64,000 bases of DNA from Thermoanaerobaculia bacterium (lineage in GTDB: Bacteria; Acidobacteriota; Thermoanaerobaculia; Multivoradales; UBA5704), in the NCBI GenBank assembly GCA_035637095.1, contig DASPXX010000293.1, forward strand, positions 284-64,283, in the 5' to 3' direction. Shown one piece after another: positions 39,695 through 50,182 of the stretch. Under the pieces are notes generated by a model. The model was not told where the DNA came from. It did no database searches and saw only the letters and a program-made list of their open reading frames with translations. Every line of letters begins with the position of its first letter. Within the stretch, counting starts at the first letter, position 1. A program made the translations under genes and the position numbers.

Positions 39695-42600
39695 ATGATC
39701 CGCACCACGCCGGCTGAAGCTCGCCGCCGATTTCCGATCGTGAACGCAGACCGCATCTCCTTTCGTGACGCGCTGGCGCGCGCCGCGGTCCCGCTCGCCG
39801 CCCTGGCGGCGATGGCCGCGCTCGCCTCGCGCGAGGTCGATCCCGTGGGGGCCGCCGAGACGGCGTATCTGGCGGTGCTGGCCACGGCGGGGCTGCTGGC
39901 CGTCGCCTTTCTGGCGCCGGCGCCGGCCTGGGAAGCGGGCGTGGGCGCCACCCTGGCTACCACGATCGTCTGGGCGCTCCCGCCCGGGCCGGGGCGGGGG
40001 GCGGCGGTTGTGTTGCTTCTTGTGGCGGCTCTGGCGGTTGCGGCGGGGCGGAGGTTCCCTCACCCCCGGCCCCTCTCCCGCGAGCGGGAGAGGGGTGAAC
40101 AGCAAGAGAATGTCTTTGCTTTGCTCCCCTCTCCCGCTCGCGGGAGAGGGGCCGGGGGTGAGGGCTTCTTGCTCCCGCTCTCCTTCGGCCTCCAGGTTCT
40201 CCTGCGCGGGAGCGAGCTGCTGTTTCAACCCCAGGTGAATCTGCGGACTCTGGTGGCACTTCTGGGACTCCCGGTGGCCGGGGCGGCCGCCACGGCGGTG
40301 CTGGCCCGGCGCTATGGGCCGGCCGCCCTGGCCGCGGCGGGTGCGGCCCTGTTGCTTGCACCAGGGTGGAACGTGGCGGCCACGGCCGGGCTGGTGGCTC
40401 TGGCTGCCGGCGACCTGATCGCCCGGTGGAGAGGGGCCATCCTGGCCACCGCCGTCCTGGCCGGCGCCTTCCTGCTGAGGCCAGGAGTGCCGGATCTCTC
40501 GATGGCGGCGGGTCTGCTGGCACTGGCGGTGCTGTACCTGGGGCGGAAGATCCTCGCCGTCACGGCGGTCGCCATCGCCGCCCTCCTCTTGACGACCGCC
40601 CTGCTCGCCTCCTATCCCTGGCTGCGCAGCGAGCCCCTCCAGGAAGCCCTCGGCCTCTTCGTTCACATCCCCACTCCCGGCACCTCCCTCCTCCCCCCTG
40701 CTACGGCGGTCGTCGTCGACGCGGCGCATCCATCCTGGAGAGTTGCGGTCACGGGGAAGAGCGTGGACACGGTGGTCCTCGACTCCAGCCTCTCGAACGG
40801 CGCCGGCTTGCCGAACGGCACGCCGGTCGCGACGGTGCACCTCCGCGGCGGGGACGGCAGGATCTACGGATGGGTCGTGCGGGCGGGGCAGGATACCGGC
40901 GAGTGGGCGGCGCGGCGGCCGGATGTGGCGGCGGCGAGCGTCCTCAAGTCGCCGCCGCCCTGGCTCTCCTGGGTGGCCGGCGGCTTCTTCGGCCAGCGGT
41001 ACCGGTCCCTCTGGAACGTCGACTCCCCCGGGTCCTTCACCGAGCTGTCCATCGAGCGCAATCCGGCCCTGCCGCCGCAGGTCAGCCTGGCGCTCCACGC
41101 GGTGGAGATCCGGAAGCCGTTTGCCGCCCGGCTGCTGCCCGCGGGCGATCCTTTCCGCGGCACGCTGGCGGTCCTGCCGCTGGTCCTCGCAGCGCTCTGG
41201 GCCATCGCGCGGTGGAGCGTACGCCGCGGCGCCGAGCCGCTCTCCCGCGCCGGCTCGGCCGGAGAGCTCGCGGCGCTGGCCGTCCTCGTCCTCTGCATCC
41301 TGGCCCGGCCGGGCCTCGGGCTCGCGTGGTCCGCGGAGGTCCTGGCCGCAGGGCTCGTCCTGGTGCTCGGGTTTCGCGCCGTCCGGCAGGTCCGGGCTCT
41401 GCGGCCTCTCCTCGGCGACCGGCTGCCGCGCCGCCCGTCGCTCGTCTTCTTCCTCCTGCCGCTCACCGTCTACGTGGCGATCCTCCCCTGGTCGACGGTC
41501 CACCGCCAACCGGACGGCGACGAGCCGTTCTATCTGCTGATCACCCACAGCCTGGCCTACGACTTCGACGCCGAGCTGACCAACAACTATGCGCACGGGG
41601 ACTGGCGGCACTTCATGGAGCGGCCGATCGAGCCGCAGGCCGGGGACCCGGTCGGACCGCACGGCGAGCTCTATTCGCGCCACAACGAGCTGCTCCCCCT
41701 GGCGCTGGTCCCGGCCTACCGCGTGGGGGGACGGATCGGCGCCCTCGGCATGATGGCGGCCTTCACGGCCCTCCTCGCCTGGCTGATGCTGCGCCTCGGC
41801 CGCCACTACGTTCCGGACCGGCCGGGCGAGGTCCTCTCCGCCTGGGCGCTGGCGGTGCTCGCTCCGCCGCTTCTCCTCTACTCCTACCAGGTCTGGGTGG
41901 AGGTGCCGGCGGCTCTCCTGATGCTGTTCGCCCTCGACCGCATCCTCGATCTCGACGGCCAGCGGCAGTGGACGGTCCGCCAATGGCTGGGGATCGGCCT
42001 GTCGATCCTGCTCCTGCCGCTCCTCAAGATGCGGTTCGTGCTCATCTCCGGGCCGCTCCTTGCGCTCGCCTGGTGGTATTCGGGACGGCCGCGCCGGCCG
42101 GTGTTCTTGCTGACCGCGGCGCTCGCCCTGCTCGGCGTGGGCATGCTCGCGTACAACCAGGCGGTCTACGGGAACCCGCTCAAGATCCACACCTGGGAAG
42201 AGGTGGACCCGCACCGCCACGACCTGCTCTCGTATTGGAAGGGCGGGCTCGGGCTGCTCTGGGATTCGGCGTTCGGCCTGTTCGGCTGCGCACCCATCTG
42301 GCTGATCGTCCTCCCTGCCGTGCTCCTCCTCCTCGCCCGCCGCCACCGGCTCCTGATCCACCTGGCAGTGCTGACCCTTCCTTATCTCCTGGTCGTGGTG
42401 CCGCGGATCGAGTGGTACGGCGGCTGGTCTCCCCCGTTCCGCTATGCGCTGATCGGGCTGCCGTTCCTCAGCCTGGCGCTGGCGCCTCTCCTGGAGCGGC
42501 GGGACGGTCCCGGGGCGCGGGCGCTCCTCGCCGGTCTCGGCACCTTGACCCTGGCCCTGGCGCTGCTCTGGCTGGTCATGCCGGGCTGGACCTACAACTT

Positions 42601-43258
42601 CGCGGACGGCCGGACCTACCTGCTCGACGCTCTCGGGCAGCGGCTGGGTCTGGACGTCGCCCGCTTCTTCCCCAGCTCCATCCGTCCCCGGCCCGCCACC
42701 TGGCTCTGGCCGCCACTCACCATCCTCTTCACCACGGTTCTCTGGTGGTTCCCCTTCCGGAGAGGGGGCCAGGGGGTAAGGGTCGCCGGGCTCGCCGGAG
42801 TCGCCGCCGTCCTGCTCCTCGCCGCGGCGGTCCCCCCGGCCGCCGCACGCCTGCCCACCACGGTCGCCGAGATCGAGGACCCGCAGGTGGCGAAGAGCGG
42901 TGGGCATCTCTATCCCGACCGCTGGATCATCGAGCGGGCTCGCCATCGCGGCGGCTGGGTGCTGCGGGTCGGCGAGCGGGTGAAGGTGCCGGTGAAGGCC
43001 GGGGGACGGCGGGTCTGCCTGGTGCTCCGGGGAGAGCTCGTCCAGAACCAGCTGGTGCCGTTCCGGCTCGACATACAGGCAGGCGACCGACTGCTGGCCG
43101 TCTGGGCTCCGGGCCGCGACCGCGCCTGGGATGCAGTGACGCTCGGCCCCTTCGACTGGCCGGCGGGCAAGCCCCTGGTGCTCTCCGCCTTCGGGCCGCA
43201 CCCGCCGGGAGAGCCCAACGGCATCGTGCTCGACCGGGTGGATTTCGCATGGGAGTGA
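39695..43258 (+). CDS. Large polytopic membrane protein, probable GT-C-type glycosyltransferase/EPS assembly protein (about 1187 aa); contains in-frame MITE copy b
   Basis: Start placed after the divergent serS start ([24 protein letters not shown].. or GTG about 39740). Many hydrophobic helices. Region ..[35 protein letters not shown].. resembles the first loop of GT-C (ArnT/PMT/YfhO-like) glycosyltransferases. Followed by five glycosyltransferase genes with overlapping junctions. The antisense ORF 39677..43201 is an artefact. Confidence 0.6.
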   Translation: MIRTTPAEARRRFPIVNADRISFRDALARAAVPLAALAAMAALASREVDPVGAAETAYLAVLATAGLLAVAFLAPAPAWEAGVGATLATTIVWALPPGPGRGAAVVLLLVAALAVAAGRRFPHPRPLSRERERGEQQENVFALLPSPARGRGAGGEGFLLPLSFGLQVLLRGSELLFQPQVNLRTLVALLGLPVAGAAATAVLARRYGPAALAAAGAALLLAPGWNVAATAGLVALAAGDLIARWRGAILATAVLAGAFLLRPGVPDLSMAAGLLALAVLYLGRKILAVTAVAIAALLLTTALLASYPWLRSEPLQEALGLFVHIPTPGTSLLPPATAVVVDAAHPSWRVAVTGKSVDTVVLDSSLSNGAGLPNGTPVATVHLRGGDGRIYGWVVRAGQDTGEWAARRPDVAAASVLKSPPPWLSWVAGGFFGQRYRSLWNVDSPGSFTELSIERNPALPPQVSLALHAVEIRKPFAARLLPAGDPFRGTLAVLPLVLAALWAIARWSVRRGAEPLSRAGSAGELAALAVLVLCILARPGLGLAWSAEVLAAGLVLVLGFRAVRQVRALRPLLGDRLPRRPSLVFFLLPLTVYVAILPWSTVHRQPDGDEPFYLLITHSLAYDFDAELTNNYAHGDWRHFMERPIEPQAGDPVGPHGELYSRHNELLPLALVPAYRVGGRIGALGMMAAFTALLAWLMLRLGRHYVPDRPGEVLSAWALAVLAPPLLLYSYQVWVEVPAALLMLFALDRILDLDGQRQWTVRQWLGIGLSILLLPLLKMRFVLISGPLLALAWWYSGRPRRPVFLLTAALALLGVGMLAYNQAVYGNPLKIHTWEEVDPHRHDLLSYWKGGLGLLWDSAFGLFGCAPIWLIVLPAVLLLLARRHRLLIHLAVLTLPYLLVVVPRIEWYGGWSPPFRYALIGLPFLSLALAPLLERRDGPGARALLAGLGTLTLALALLWLVMPGWTYNFADGRTYLLDALGQRLGLDVARFFPSSIRPRPATWLWPPLTILFTTVLWWFPFRRGGQGVRVAGLAGVAAVLLLAAAVPPAAARLPTTVAEIEDPQVAKSGGHLYPDRWIIERARHRGGWVLRVGERVKVPVKAGGRRVCLVLRGELVQNQLVPFRLDIQAGDRLLAVWAPGRDRAWDAVTLGPFDWPAGKPLVLSAFGPHPPGEPNGIVLDRVDFAWE
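40057..40164. mobile_element. MITE-like palindromic element, copy b (108 bp = 36 codons), inserted in-frame inside the membrane protein gene
   Basis: ccctcacccccggcccctctccc-gcgagc-gggagagggg-tgaacagcaagagaatgtctttgctttgct-cccctctccc-gctcgc-gggagaggggccgggggtgaggg. Same architecture as copy a with a shorter spacer. Translated as ..[41 protein letters not shown].. without a stop. Confidence 0.7.
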
Positions 43259-44118
43259 CCGTCTCCGCGGTCGTCCCCACCCTCGGCCGCAGCCCGTGGC
43301 TCGTCCCCTGCCTCGAAGCCCTGCGGCGAGACGGGGGGAAAAGCATCGAGGTGATCGTCGTCGATCAGGGGGAGTCGCCCGTGGAGCTGCCGGCCGGGCT
43401 GGCCGACCGGGTCCTGCGGCCGGAGCGGAACCTCGGCTTCGCCGGAGGGACGAACCTGGGGATCACGGCTGCGACGGCCGGGATGGTGGCCACGGTCAAC
43501 GACGACGCCCTGATCGAGCCGGGCTGGATCGCGGCGCTCACGGCGGCCCTGGAGAGCGATCCGCGCGCCGCGGCAGCCCAGGGAGTCACTCTTCTGATGG
43601 ATGATGAGGAACGGGCGGACGGCTGCGGCATCGCCTGGAACCGCTGGTGGCAGGCGGTCCAGATCGGCCACGGCCTGCCGGCGCCCTCGGAGTCAGAGCC
43701 GCCGCGGGAGATCTTCGGCGTCTCGGCCACGGCCGCCCTTTTCCGCCGCGCCGCCCTGGACGCCGTGGCGGTGGGCGGCAACGCCTTCGATCCGCGTCTG
43801 ATCTCCTACTATGAAGACGTCGAGCTGGCCGGGCGGCTGCGGGCGGCGGGCTGGCGTGCCCTGCTGGTGCCGGCCGCGCGCGCCCGCCATGCCGGCTCGA
43901 CCACGGGTGGAACGATGAGTCACGAGCGCTGGCGCCTGATCTACGGCAACCGTTGGCTGGTGGCCTCGCGCTTCCTGGGCGGAGGGTTCTGGCCGCGGGT
44001 GCCCTGGATGCTCTTGCGGGATGTCGTCGATCTGGCCCGGTCGGGCGGTCGGGGGGACTGGGCGCGGGCCTCCGGGATCGCGGCCGGCTGGGCGCGGGCG
44101 GTCCGCGGTCTCTCATGA
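43249..44118 (+). CDS. Family 2 glycosyltransferase
   Basis: [43 protein letters not shown]...NLGFAGGTNLGI.. is the GT2 (GT-A) N-terminal signature. Start overlaps the upstream stop by 10 nt. Stop overlaps the next start (ATGA). Confidence 0.8.
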   Translation: MGVTVSAVVPTLGRSPWLVPCLEALRRDGGKSIEVIVVDQGESPVELPAGLADRVLRPERNLGFAGGTNLGITAATAGMVATVNDDALIEPGWIAALTAALESDPRAAAAQGVTLLMDDEERADGCGIAWNRWWQAVQIGHGLPAPSESEPPREIFGVSATAALFRRAALDAVAVGGNAFDPRLISYYEDVELAGRLRAAGWRALLVPAARARHAGSTTGGTMSHERWRLIYGNRWLVASRFLGGGFWPRVPWMLLRDVVDLARSGGRGDWARASGIAAGWARAVRGLS

Positions 44119-45002
44119 ATCCCCTCCTCACCGGCATCGTCGTGCACTGGCACAACGAAGAGGCCCTCGCGGCGCTGACCGCGGCCTGGCCGAGCGACCC
44201 GCGTTTCGAGCTGTTGGTGGTGGACAACGGCTCGTCCCTCCAGCCCGGCCGCAATCTGGGGTTCGCAGGAGGGGCGAACGCCGGGATCGCGAAGGCGAAG
44301 GCGCCGATCGTCCTGCTGCTGAACCCCGATGCGGCCCCCGAGGAGGGAGCCCTGGAGCGGCTCCTCGAAGGGTTCGCGACCTTCCCCGACGCCGCGGGGC
44401 TCGCACCGCGGTTGACCGGGCCGGAGGGAGAGCCGCAGTTCGCCTGGCAGCTCCGGCGGCTGCCCTCGCCGCTGGAGCTCCTCCTCCACACCCTGCCGCT
44501 CGGCGGCTCCCGGGGCGGACTGCGGACCGAGCCGCCTCCCGGCAGCCCGGTGGAGCAGCCGGCCGCCGCAGCCCTGGCGCTCCGGCGCTCGGCCGTCGAG
44601 CAGATCGGCGGGCTCGACGCCGGATTCTGGCCGGCCTGGTTCGAGGACGTGGATCTGGCGCGCCGGCTGGCGGCAGCCGGGCAGGTGTTGCGCTACTGGC
44701 CGGCGGCCTGCTTCCGCCACGGCCTGGGCAGCACGGTGCCTCACCTCGGCTATGGACCATTCCTCTGGATCTACGACCGCAACCTGGTGCGCTACCTGCG
44801 GAAGCACCACGGAGCGGGCTGGGCGCTCCTGGCGCAGGCGCTCCTCGTCCTCGGGATCGCGGTCCGCCTCCTGCTCCTGCCGCTCCGCCGGCCGCAGCGG
44901 GCCGCTTCGCGGCGCGAGGCGTTGAAGGGATTGTTGATGGTGCTGGGCGGAGTGTTGACGGGGTGGCGATGGCCGCGGCGGATGCTGGAGGCGGCGGCAT
45001 GA
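44115..45002 (+). CDS. Family 2 glycosyltransferase
   Basis: MNPLLTGIVVHWHNEEALAALTAAWPSDPRFELLVVDNGSS...NLGFAGGANAGI... ATGA overlaps at both ends. Confidence 0.8.
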   Translation: MNPLLTGIVVHWHNEEALAALTAAWPSDPRFELLVVDNGSSLQPGRNLGFAGGANAGIAKAKAPIVLLLNPDAAPEEGALERLLEGFATFPDAAGLAPRLTGPEGEPQFAWQLRRLPSPLELLLHTLPLGGSRGGLRTEPPPGSPVEQPAAAALALRRSAVEQIGGLDAGFWPAWFEDVDLARRLAAAGQVLRYWPAACFRHGLGSTVPHLGYGPFLWIYDRNLVRYLRKHHGAGWALLAQALLVLGIAVRLLLLPLRRPQRAASRREALKGLLMVLGGVLTGWRWPRRMLEAAA

Positions 45003-45964
45003 ACGTGGCCGTCTGCATCGTCACCCACAACTCCGCCGCCGACCTCCCTGGCTGTCTGGAGGCGGTGGGGCGGTTGGAGCACCGGCCGCTGGAGGTCGTG
45101 GTGGTGGACTGCGCCAGCGCGGACGGCAGCCTCGACGTGGCGCGGCGCCATGCCCCGCCGGGCCTCCCCTTCCAGGCCGTCGATCTCGGCGAGAACCGCG
45201 GCTTCACGGGCGGGATGAACGCTGCCCTGGCCACTTCGAGCTCCGACTGGGTGCTGACCCTCAACGCCGACGCCCGGCCCGCTCCGGACTACGTCACCCG
45301 CCTCCTCGCCCGCGCGGAGGCCCATCCGGACCTGCGGACCGGCGCCGTCACCGGCCGGCTCGTCCGTCCCGACGGGCGCCTCGACGCCTGCGGCATGCGC
45401 CTGACACGCACCTGGCGCCACCTGGACCGCGGCTCGGGGGAGCCGGACCACGGCCAGTACATGATCCCCGAGCGGGTCTTCGGCGCCTCGGGTGCGGCCT
45501 CGCTCTTCCGCCGCGCAGCCCTGGAGGACGCCGCCGTGGACGGCGAGGTGTTCGATGCCCGGTTCCACTCGTTCCGCGAGGACGCCGAGCTCTGCTTCCG
45601 CCTGCGCGAGCGCGGCTGGGAGATCCTTTACGAGCCCGCGGCGGTCGCCGAGCACCGCCGGTTCAACCTGCCGGAGCGGCGGTCCTCGATGCCTGCGATC
45701 GTCAACTATCACTCCCTGAAGAACCGCTACCTCCTGCGGCTCTACCACCAGACCGCCGGCAACTTCGTCCGCACCCTGCTGCCGGCGCTCCTCCGCGACC
45801 TGATGGCCCTCGCCTGGGTGCTGCTCTTCGAGCGCAGCTCGCTCCCCGCCTATACCTGGCTCTGGAAGCACCGCCGCGAGATCCTGCGCCGCCGCCGCCT
45901 TATCCAGGGGCGCCGCACAGCCACCCTCGACCGCTGGTTCTCCTCCGCGGGAGACCCCCTGTGA
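44999..45964 (+). CDS. Family 2 glycosyltransferase
   Basis: MNVAVCIVTHNSAADLPGCLEAVGRLEHRPLEVVVVDCASADGS...NRGFTGGMNAAL.. DxD-type GT2 core. Stop overlaps the GT4 start (GTGA). Confidence 0.8.
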   Translation: MNVAVCIVTHNSAADLPGCLEAVGRLEHRPLEVVVVDCASADGSLDVARRHAPPGLPFQAVDLGENRGFTGGMNAALATSSSDWVLTLNADARPAPDYVTRLLARAEAHPDLRTGAVTGRLVRPDGRLDACGMRLTRTWRHLDRGSGEPDHGQYMIPERVFGASGAASLFRRAALEDAAVDGEVFDARFHSFREDAELCFRLRERGWEILYEPAAVAEHRRFNLPERRSSMPAIVNYHSLKNRYLLRLYHQTAGNFVRTLLPALLRDLMALAWVLLFERSSLPAYTWLWKHRREILRRRRLIQGRRTATLDRWFSSAGDPL

Positions 45965-47079
45965 CCCGGTCCTTGCACGTCGCCCTGATGGGCAGCCGCG
46001 GCATCCCCGGCCGCTATGGCGGCTACGAGACCCTGATGGAGGAGCTGGCGCCCCGGCTGATCGCGCGCGGCTTTCGGGTGACCGTCTACTGCCGGTCCCA
46101 CGTCACGCCGCCGGGGCTCACGCGATGGCGGGGCGCCGAGCTGATCGTGCTGCCGACGATCCGCACCAAGTACCTGGACACGCCGGTCCACACCTTCCTC
46201 TCCTGCCTGCGCGCCCTGCGCGAGCCGTACGACGCCGCGCTGGTGGTCAACTCGGCGAACGCCCTGTTCGTGCCGATCCTGCGCCTCTCGGGTGTGCCGG
46301 TGGCGCTCCACGTGGACGGGATCGAGAAGCGGCGCGCGAAGTGGGGTCCGGTGGGGCGCGGCGTCTACGCCGCCTCGGAACGGCTCGCCTGCGTCGTCCC
46401 CGACGCCCTGGTGACCGACGCCGAGGTCATCCGCCGTCATTACCTGGAGCGCTACGGCGCCGAGTCGGTGCCCATCGCCTACGGGGTCGACCCGCGTCCG
46501 CCGCGCGAGACCGGGGTGCTGGCGCGGCTGGGCCTCAGTCCCAGGTGCTACTTCCTCTACGTCAGCCGCTTCGAGCCGGAGAACAACCCGCACCGGGTGG
46601 CGGCGGCGTACCGGTCGGTCGGCGGCGACCTGCCGCTGGTCATGGTGGGCGGCGCGCCCTATGCGAGCGCCTTCATCGCCGGCTTCACGCGCGGCGCCGA
46701 CCCGCGCATCCTCCTCCCCGGGCCGATCTACGGGGAGGGGTACCGGGAGCTCCTCTCCCACGCCCTGGCCTATGTCCATGCCACGGACGTAGGCGGTACG
46801 CACCCGGCGCTCGTAGAAGCTATGGGCTACGGAAACTGCGTGCTGGTCAACGAGACGCCCGAGAACCGCGAGGTGGCTGGAGAGGCGGCGCTGTATTTCG
46901 ACGCCGCGGCTCCGGAGACCCTGGCGGAGCGATTGGAGGAGGTGCGGCGGGAGCCGGAGCAGGCCGCGGACATCGGCCGGCTCATGGCCCGGCGGGCCGC
47001 CCTCCTCTATGACTGGGAACACGTCGCCGACCGGTACGCCCGGCTGTTCCAGCGCCTCGCCGGCCGCAGCCCTGGCTGA
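45961..47079 (+). CDS. Family 4 (GT-B) glycosyltransferase
   Basis: MTRSLHVALMGSRGIPGRYGGYETLMEELAPRLIARGFRVTVYCR.. C-terminal ..HATDVGGTHPALVEAMGYGNCVLVNETPENREV.. is the GT4 E-x7-E region. Confidence 0.85.
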   Translation: MTRSLHVALMGSRGIPGRYGGYETLMEELAPRLIARGFRVTVYCRSHVTPPGLTRWRGAELIVLPTIRTKYLDTPVHTFLSCLRALREPYDAALVVNSANALFVPILRLSGVPVALHVDGIEKRRAKWGPVGRGVYAASERLACVVPDALVTDAEVIRRHYLERYGAESVPIAYGVDPRPPRETGVLARLGLSPRCYFLYVSRFEPENNPHRVAAAYRSVGGDLPLVMVGGAPYASAFIAGFTRGADPRILLPGPIYGEGYRELLSHALAYVHATDVGGTHPALVEAMGYGNCVLVNETPENREVAGEAALYFDAAAPETLAERLEEVRREPEQAADIGRLMARRAALLYDWEHVADRYARLFQRLAGRSPG

Positions 47080-47149
47080 AAAAGTGTGGGATTCGCGATA
47101 GAATCATCACGTTGCGACGAGGCGGAATTTAGACGATCGAACCGCATCC

Positions 47150-48604
47150 ATGCTGAAAGAACGAGCCCGTACCCTTGCCGTCTCCATCTTCCTGCTCGAT
47201 CTGACTCTGGTGGCCGCGGCGTTTCTGGCCGCCTACGGAGTCCGCGATTTCCTGCTTCCCCGCGTCGCTTCGGGGACCTTCCCCAGCCGGCTCTATGCGC
47301 TGGGCGACTATCTGCCGCTCTTGCCGCTCGCGCTGGTGATCTGGGGGACGCTGCTCCTCCTCTCCGGCCGCTACCGGTCGCACCGCACGGTGCCGCTGCT
47401 CGACGAGGCCTGGGCGATCATCCGCGTCTGCTTCATCGGCGCCGCGGTCTTCACGCTCCTCCTCTACGCGGCGCGCATCGACGAGCAGCTCCTGGGCGAC
47501 GATCGCATCAGCCGGTTCTGGATCCTGCTGTTCGCCATCTTCTCGTGCGTCTTCCTGCTCTCCGAGAAGATCGGCCTGCGCGTCACCTCCCGCTGGGTGC
47601 GGATGCGCGGCTTCAACTACCGCACGGTGCTGATCGTGGGCACGGGCCCCACCGCCCTCGCGATCGCCGACTCGATCCAGAGCCACCGCTTCTGGGGCTA
47701 CCGCATCCTCGGCTTCATCGCCAACGGCCAGGGGATCTCGCCGGGTTTCCCGAGGAGCTGGCCGGTCCTCGGCGAGGTGGACGACATCCCGCGGATCGTC
47801 GAGAGCAACGTGGTGGACGACGTGATCTTCGCCGTCCACCGCCGCGAGCTCGACCGCCTGGAGGACCTCTTCTTGAGCCTCCAGGAGCAGGGGATCCGCA
47901 CCCGGCTCGCGCTCGACCTCTTCCCTCACACGCGGGCCCAGGTGCAGCTGGAGGAACTGGACGGCATGCCGCTCCTCTCCTTCGCCACGGCTCCCTCCAG
48001 CCACATCCAGCTCCTGGCCAAGCGCACCGTGGACGTCGCGGTGGCCTCGTTCCTGCTCCTCCTCGGCCTGCCGGTGGTGCTGATGGTCGCCGTGGCGGTC
48101 AAGCTGAGCTCGGGGGGGAGCGTCCTCTTCCGCCAGACCCGCTGCGGCCTGAACGGGCGCTCCTTCACCCTCTACAAGTTCCGCACGATGGTCGAGGACG
48201 CCGAGGAGCGCCGCCGCGAGCTGCTGCATCTCAACGAGATGAACGGGCCGGTGTTCAAGCTGAAGGCCGATCCGCGGGTGACCTCGCTGGGCCGGTTCCT
48301 GCGCCGCTTCAGCCTCGACGAGCTGCCGCAGCTCTGGAACGTGCTGCGCGGCGACATGAGCCTGGTGGGGCCGCGCCCGCCGATCCCGGAAGAGGTGGCC
48401 AAGTACGAGCGCTGGCAGCGGCGCCGCCTGGCGATGAAGCCCGGCCTGACCTGCCTCTGGCAGATCAGCGGCAGGAACGAGCTCGACTTCCACCGCTGGA
48501 TGGAGCTGGATCTGGAGTACATCGACTCCTGGACTCCGCTGCTCGATTTCAAGATCCTGCTGAAGACGATCCCCGCGGTGCTCTCCGGGCGCGGGGCGAG
48601 CTGA
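47150..48604 (+). CDS. Polyprenyl-phosphate hexose-1-phosphate transferase (WbaP/EpsB-type priming glycosyltransferase)
   Basis: Four N-terminal TM helices. C-terminal sugar-transferase domain ..LKRTVDVAVASFLLLLGLPVVLMVAVAVKLSSGGSVLFRQTRCGLNGRSFTLYKFRTM...LDELPQLWNVLRGDMSLVGPRP.. (bacterial sugar transferase signature). Confidence 0.9.
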   Translation: MLKERARTLAVSIFLLDLTLVAAAFLAAYGVRDFLLPRVASGTFPSRLYALGDYLPLLPLALVIWGTLLLLSGRYRSHRTVPLLDEAWAIIRVCFIGAAVFTLLLYAARIDEQLLGDDRISRFWILLFAIFSCVFLLSEKIGLRVTSRWVRMRGFNYRTVLIVGTGPTALAIADSIQSHRFWGYRILGFIANGQGISPGFPRSWPVLGEVDDIPRIVESNVVDDVIFAVHRRELDRLEDLFLSLQEQGIRTRLALDLFPHTRAQVQLEELDGMPLLSFATAPSSHIQLLAKRTVDVAVASFLLLLGLPVVLMVAVAVKLSSGGSVLFRQTRCGLNGRSFTLYKFRTMVEDAEERRRELLHLNEMNGPVFKLKADPRVTSLGRFLRRFSLDELPQLWNVLRGDMSLVGPRPPIPEEVAKYERWQRRRLAMKPGLTCLWQISGRNELDFHRWMELDLEYIDSWTPLLDFKILLKTIPAVLSGRGAS

Positions 48605-48633
48605 GGAGAGGGGAGAGGGTTAGCTTCTCCGGC
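48604..48633. repeat. Partial copy (d) of the MITE-like element between convergent wbaP and peptidase genes
   Basis: gaggagaggggagagggttagcttctccgg matches the inner part of copy a (gggagaggggagagggttagaaggctccg). Confidence 0.45.
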
Positions 48634-49366
48634 CGCCCAGCAGACCGGAGCGGAACAGGAAGTAGAGCAGGGTCGTCAGGGTCGAGATCACCGCCGCCAC
48701 GTAGGTCAAGGCCGCGGCGTTCAGCACCCGGTCGATGCCTTCGCGCTCCTGCGCCATCACGATCCCGTTCTCCAGGACGAGGCGCTTGGCGCGCGCCGAG
48801 GCGTCGAGCTCCACCGGCAGCGTGACGATCTGGAACATCAGCACCAGCGAGAAGAGGGCCGCTCCGAAGAGCACGATCTGGGGCCCCATCGCGCTCCGCA
48901 TGTAGACCAGGAACAGGCCGAGCATCATCACCAGGTAGCCCACCGACGAGCCGATGTTGGCGGTGGGGACGAGCAGCGAGCGGAGCCACAGCGGTTTGTA
49001 GCCTTCCGCATGCTGGATCGCATGCCCCGCCTCGTGGCAGGCCACGCCCACCGCGGCCACCGAATTGGACGCATAGACCCCCTCGGACAGGGCGAGAGTC
49101 TTGTTCGCCGGGTTGTAGTGGTCGGTCAACTTCCCGTGCGTGGGGACGACCTGCACGTCGTAGATCCCCGCCCGGTCCAGCATGGCCTTGGCGGCCTGGG
49201 CGCCGGTCAGACCGCGCATGGTGCGCACCTGCGAATATTTGTTGAACGCCGACCGGGTCCGGAAGCTCGCCCAGAGGGAGAGCAGAAAGGCCGGCAGGAT
49301 GAACACGAAATATATCGGATCGAAGTGATAGAGCACGATCGAGCCTCCTTCGCTCTCTCGAAACAA
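48620..49366 (-). CDS. Membrane zinc metallopeptidase (YugP-like, HExxH)
   Basis: ..LALSEGVYASNSVAAVGVACHEAGHAIQHAEGYKPLWLRS.. has an HEaGH zinc motif in a membrane-embedded YugP-like protein. Multiple TM segments. Confidence 0.75.
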   Translation of the reverse strand: MFRESEGGSIVLYHFDPIYFVFILPAFLLSLWASFRTRSAFNKYSQVRTMRGLTGAQAAKAMLDRAGIYDVQVVPTHGKLTDHYNPANKTLALSEGVYASNSVAAVGVACHEAGHAIQHAEGYKPLWLRSLLVPTANIGSSVGYLVMMLGLFLVYMRSAMGPQIVLFGAALFSLVLMFQIVTLPVELDASARAKRLVLENGIVMAQEREGIDRVLNAAALTYVAAVISTLTTLLYFLFRSGLLGGRRS

Positions 49367-49446
49367 GCCACCCTATTGTACTCATTCCGGACGCCGGACC
49401 GCGGACGGTCCTGATACAGTCGCTCCCGCGGGAAGGAGAACGGGGC

Positions 49447-50175
49447 ATGACCGACACCCAGGGCAGAATCGCCATCGTCACCGGCGGGAGCCGCGGCATC
49501 GGACGCGGGATCGCCGAAGCGCTCCTCACGGACGGCTGGCGGGTGCATCTCTGCAGCCGGAGCCCGGCCTCGGTCGAGCAGGCGCTCGGCGAGCTCCGTG
49601 AACGCTTCGCGGACCGGGGCGATCCGGTGGCGGGCCGGGCGGTCGACGTCCGCCGCCAGGACGAGGTGGACTCCTTCGTCAAGGACGTGCTGGACCGCGA
49701 GGCGCGGATCGACTGTCTGGTCAACAACGCCGGCCTCGGCCGCTTCGCGCCGGTGGACGAGCTGACCGGCGACGAGTGGCGGGAAGTCCTCCAGACCAAC
49801 CTGGACGGCTGCTTCTACTTCCTCCACGCCGTGGCACCGGCGATGAAACGCCAGGGGAGCGGCTGGATCTTCAACGTCGCCTCGCTCGCGGGCAAGAGCT
49901 CCTTTGCCGGCGGCGGCGCCTACAACGCCAGCAAGTTCGGGCTGATCGGCCTGTCGGAGGCCGCCATGCTCGACCTGCGGCCGCATGGGGTGCGCGTCTC
50001 CGCGCTCCTCCCGGGGAGCGTCGACACCGGCTTCGGGCAGCGCAGCGGCGGCCAGGACCGGAGCTGGATGCTGCGGCCGGACGACATCGCCGCCATGGTC
50101 CTCCACCTGCTGAGCTACCCGCAGCATGCCCTGCCCAGCCTGGTGGAGATGCGGCCCAGCCGCCCGCCGAAATAG
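49447..50175 (+). CDS. SDR-family short-chain dehydrogenase/reductase
   Basis: ..RIAIVTGGSRGIGRGIAEALL.. (TGxxxGxG cofactor motif), ..NNAG.., ..ASLAGKSSFAGGGAYNASKFGL.. (S...YxxxK catalytic motif). Confidence 0.9.
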   Translation: MTDTQGRIAIVTGGSRGIGRGIAEALLTDGWRVHLCSRSPASVEQALGELRERFADRGDPVAGRAVDVRRQDEVDSFVKDVLDREARIDCLVNNAGLGRFAPVDELTGDEWREVLQTNLDGCFYFLHAVAPAMKRQGSGWIFNVASLAGKSSFAGGGAYNASKFGLIGLSEAAMLDLRPHGVRVSALLPGSVDTGFGQRSGGQDRSWMLRPDDIAAMVLHLLSYPQHALPSLVEMRPSRPPK

Positions 50176-50182
50176 GGGCGCG

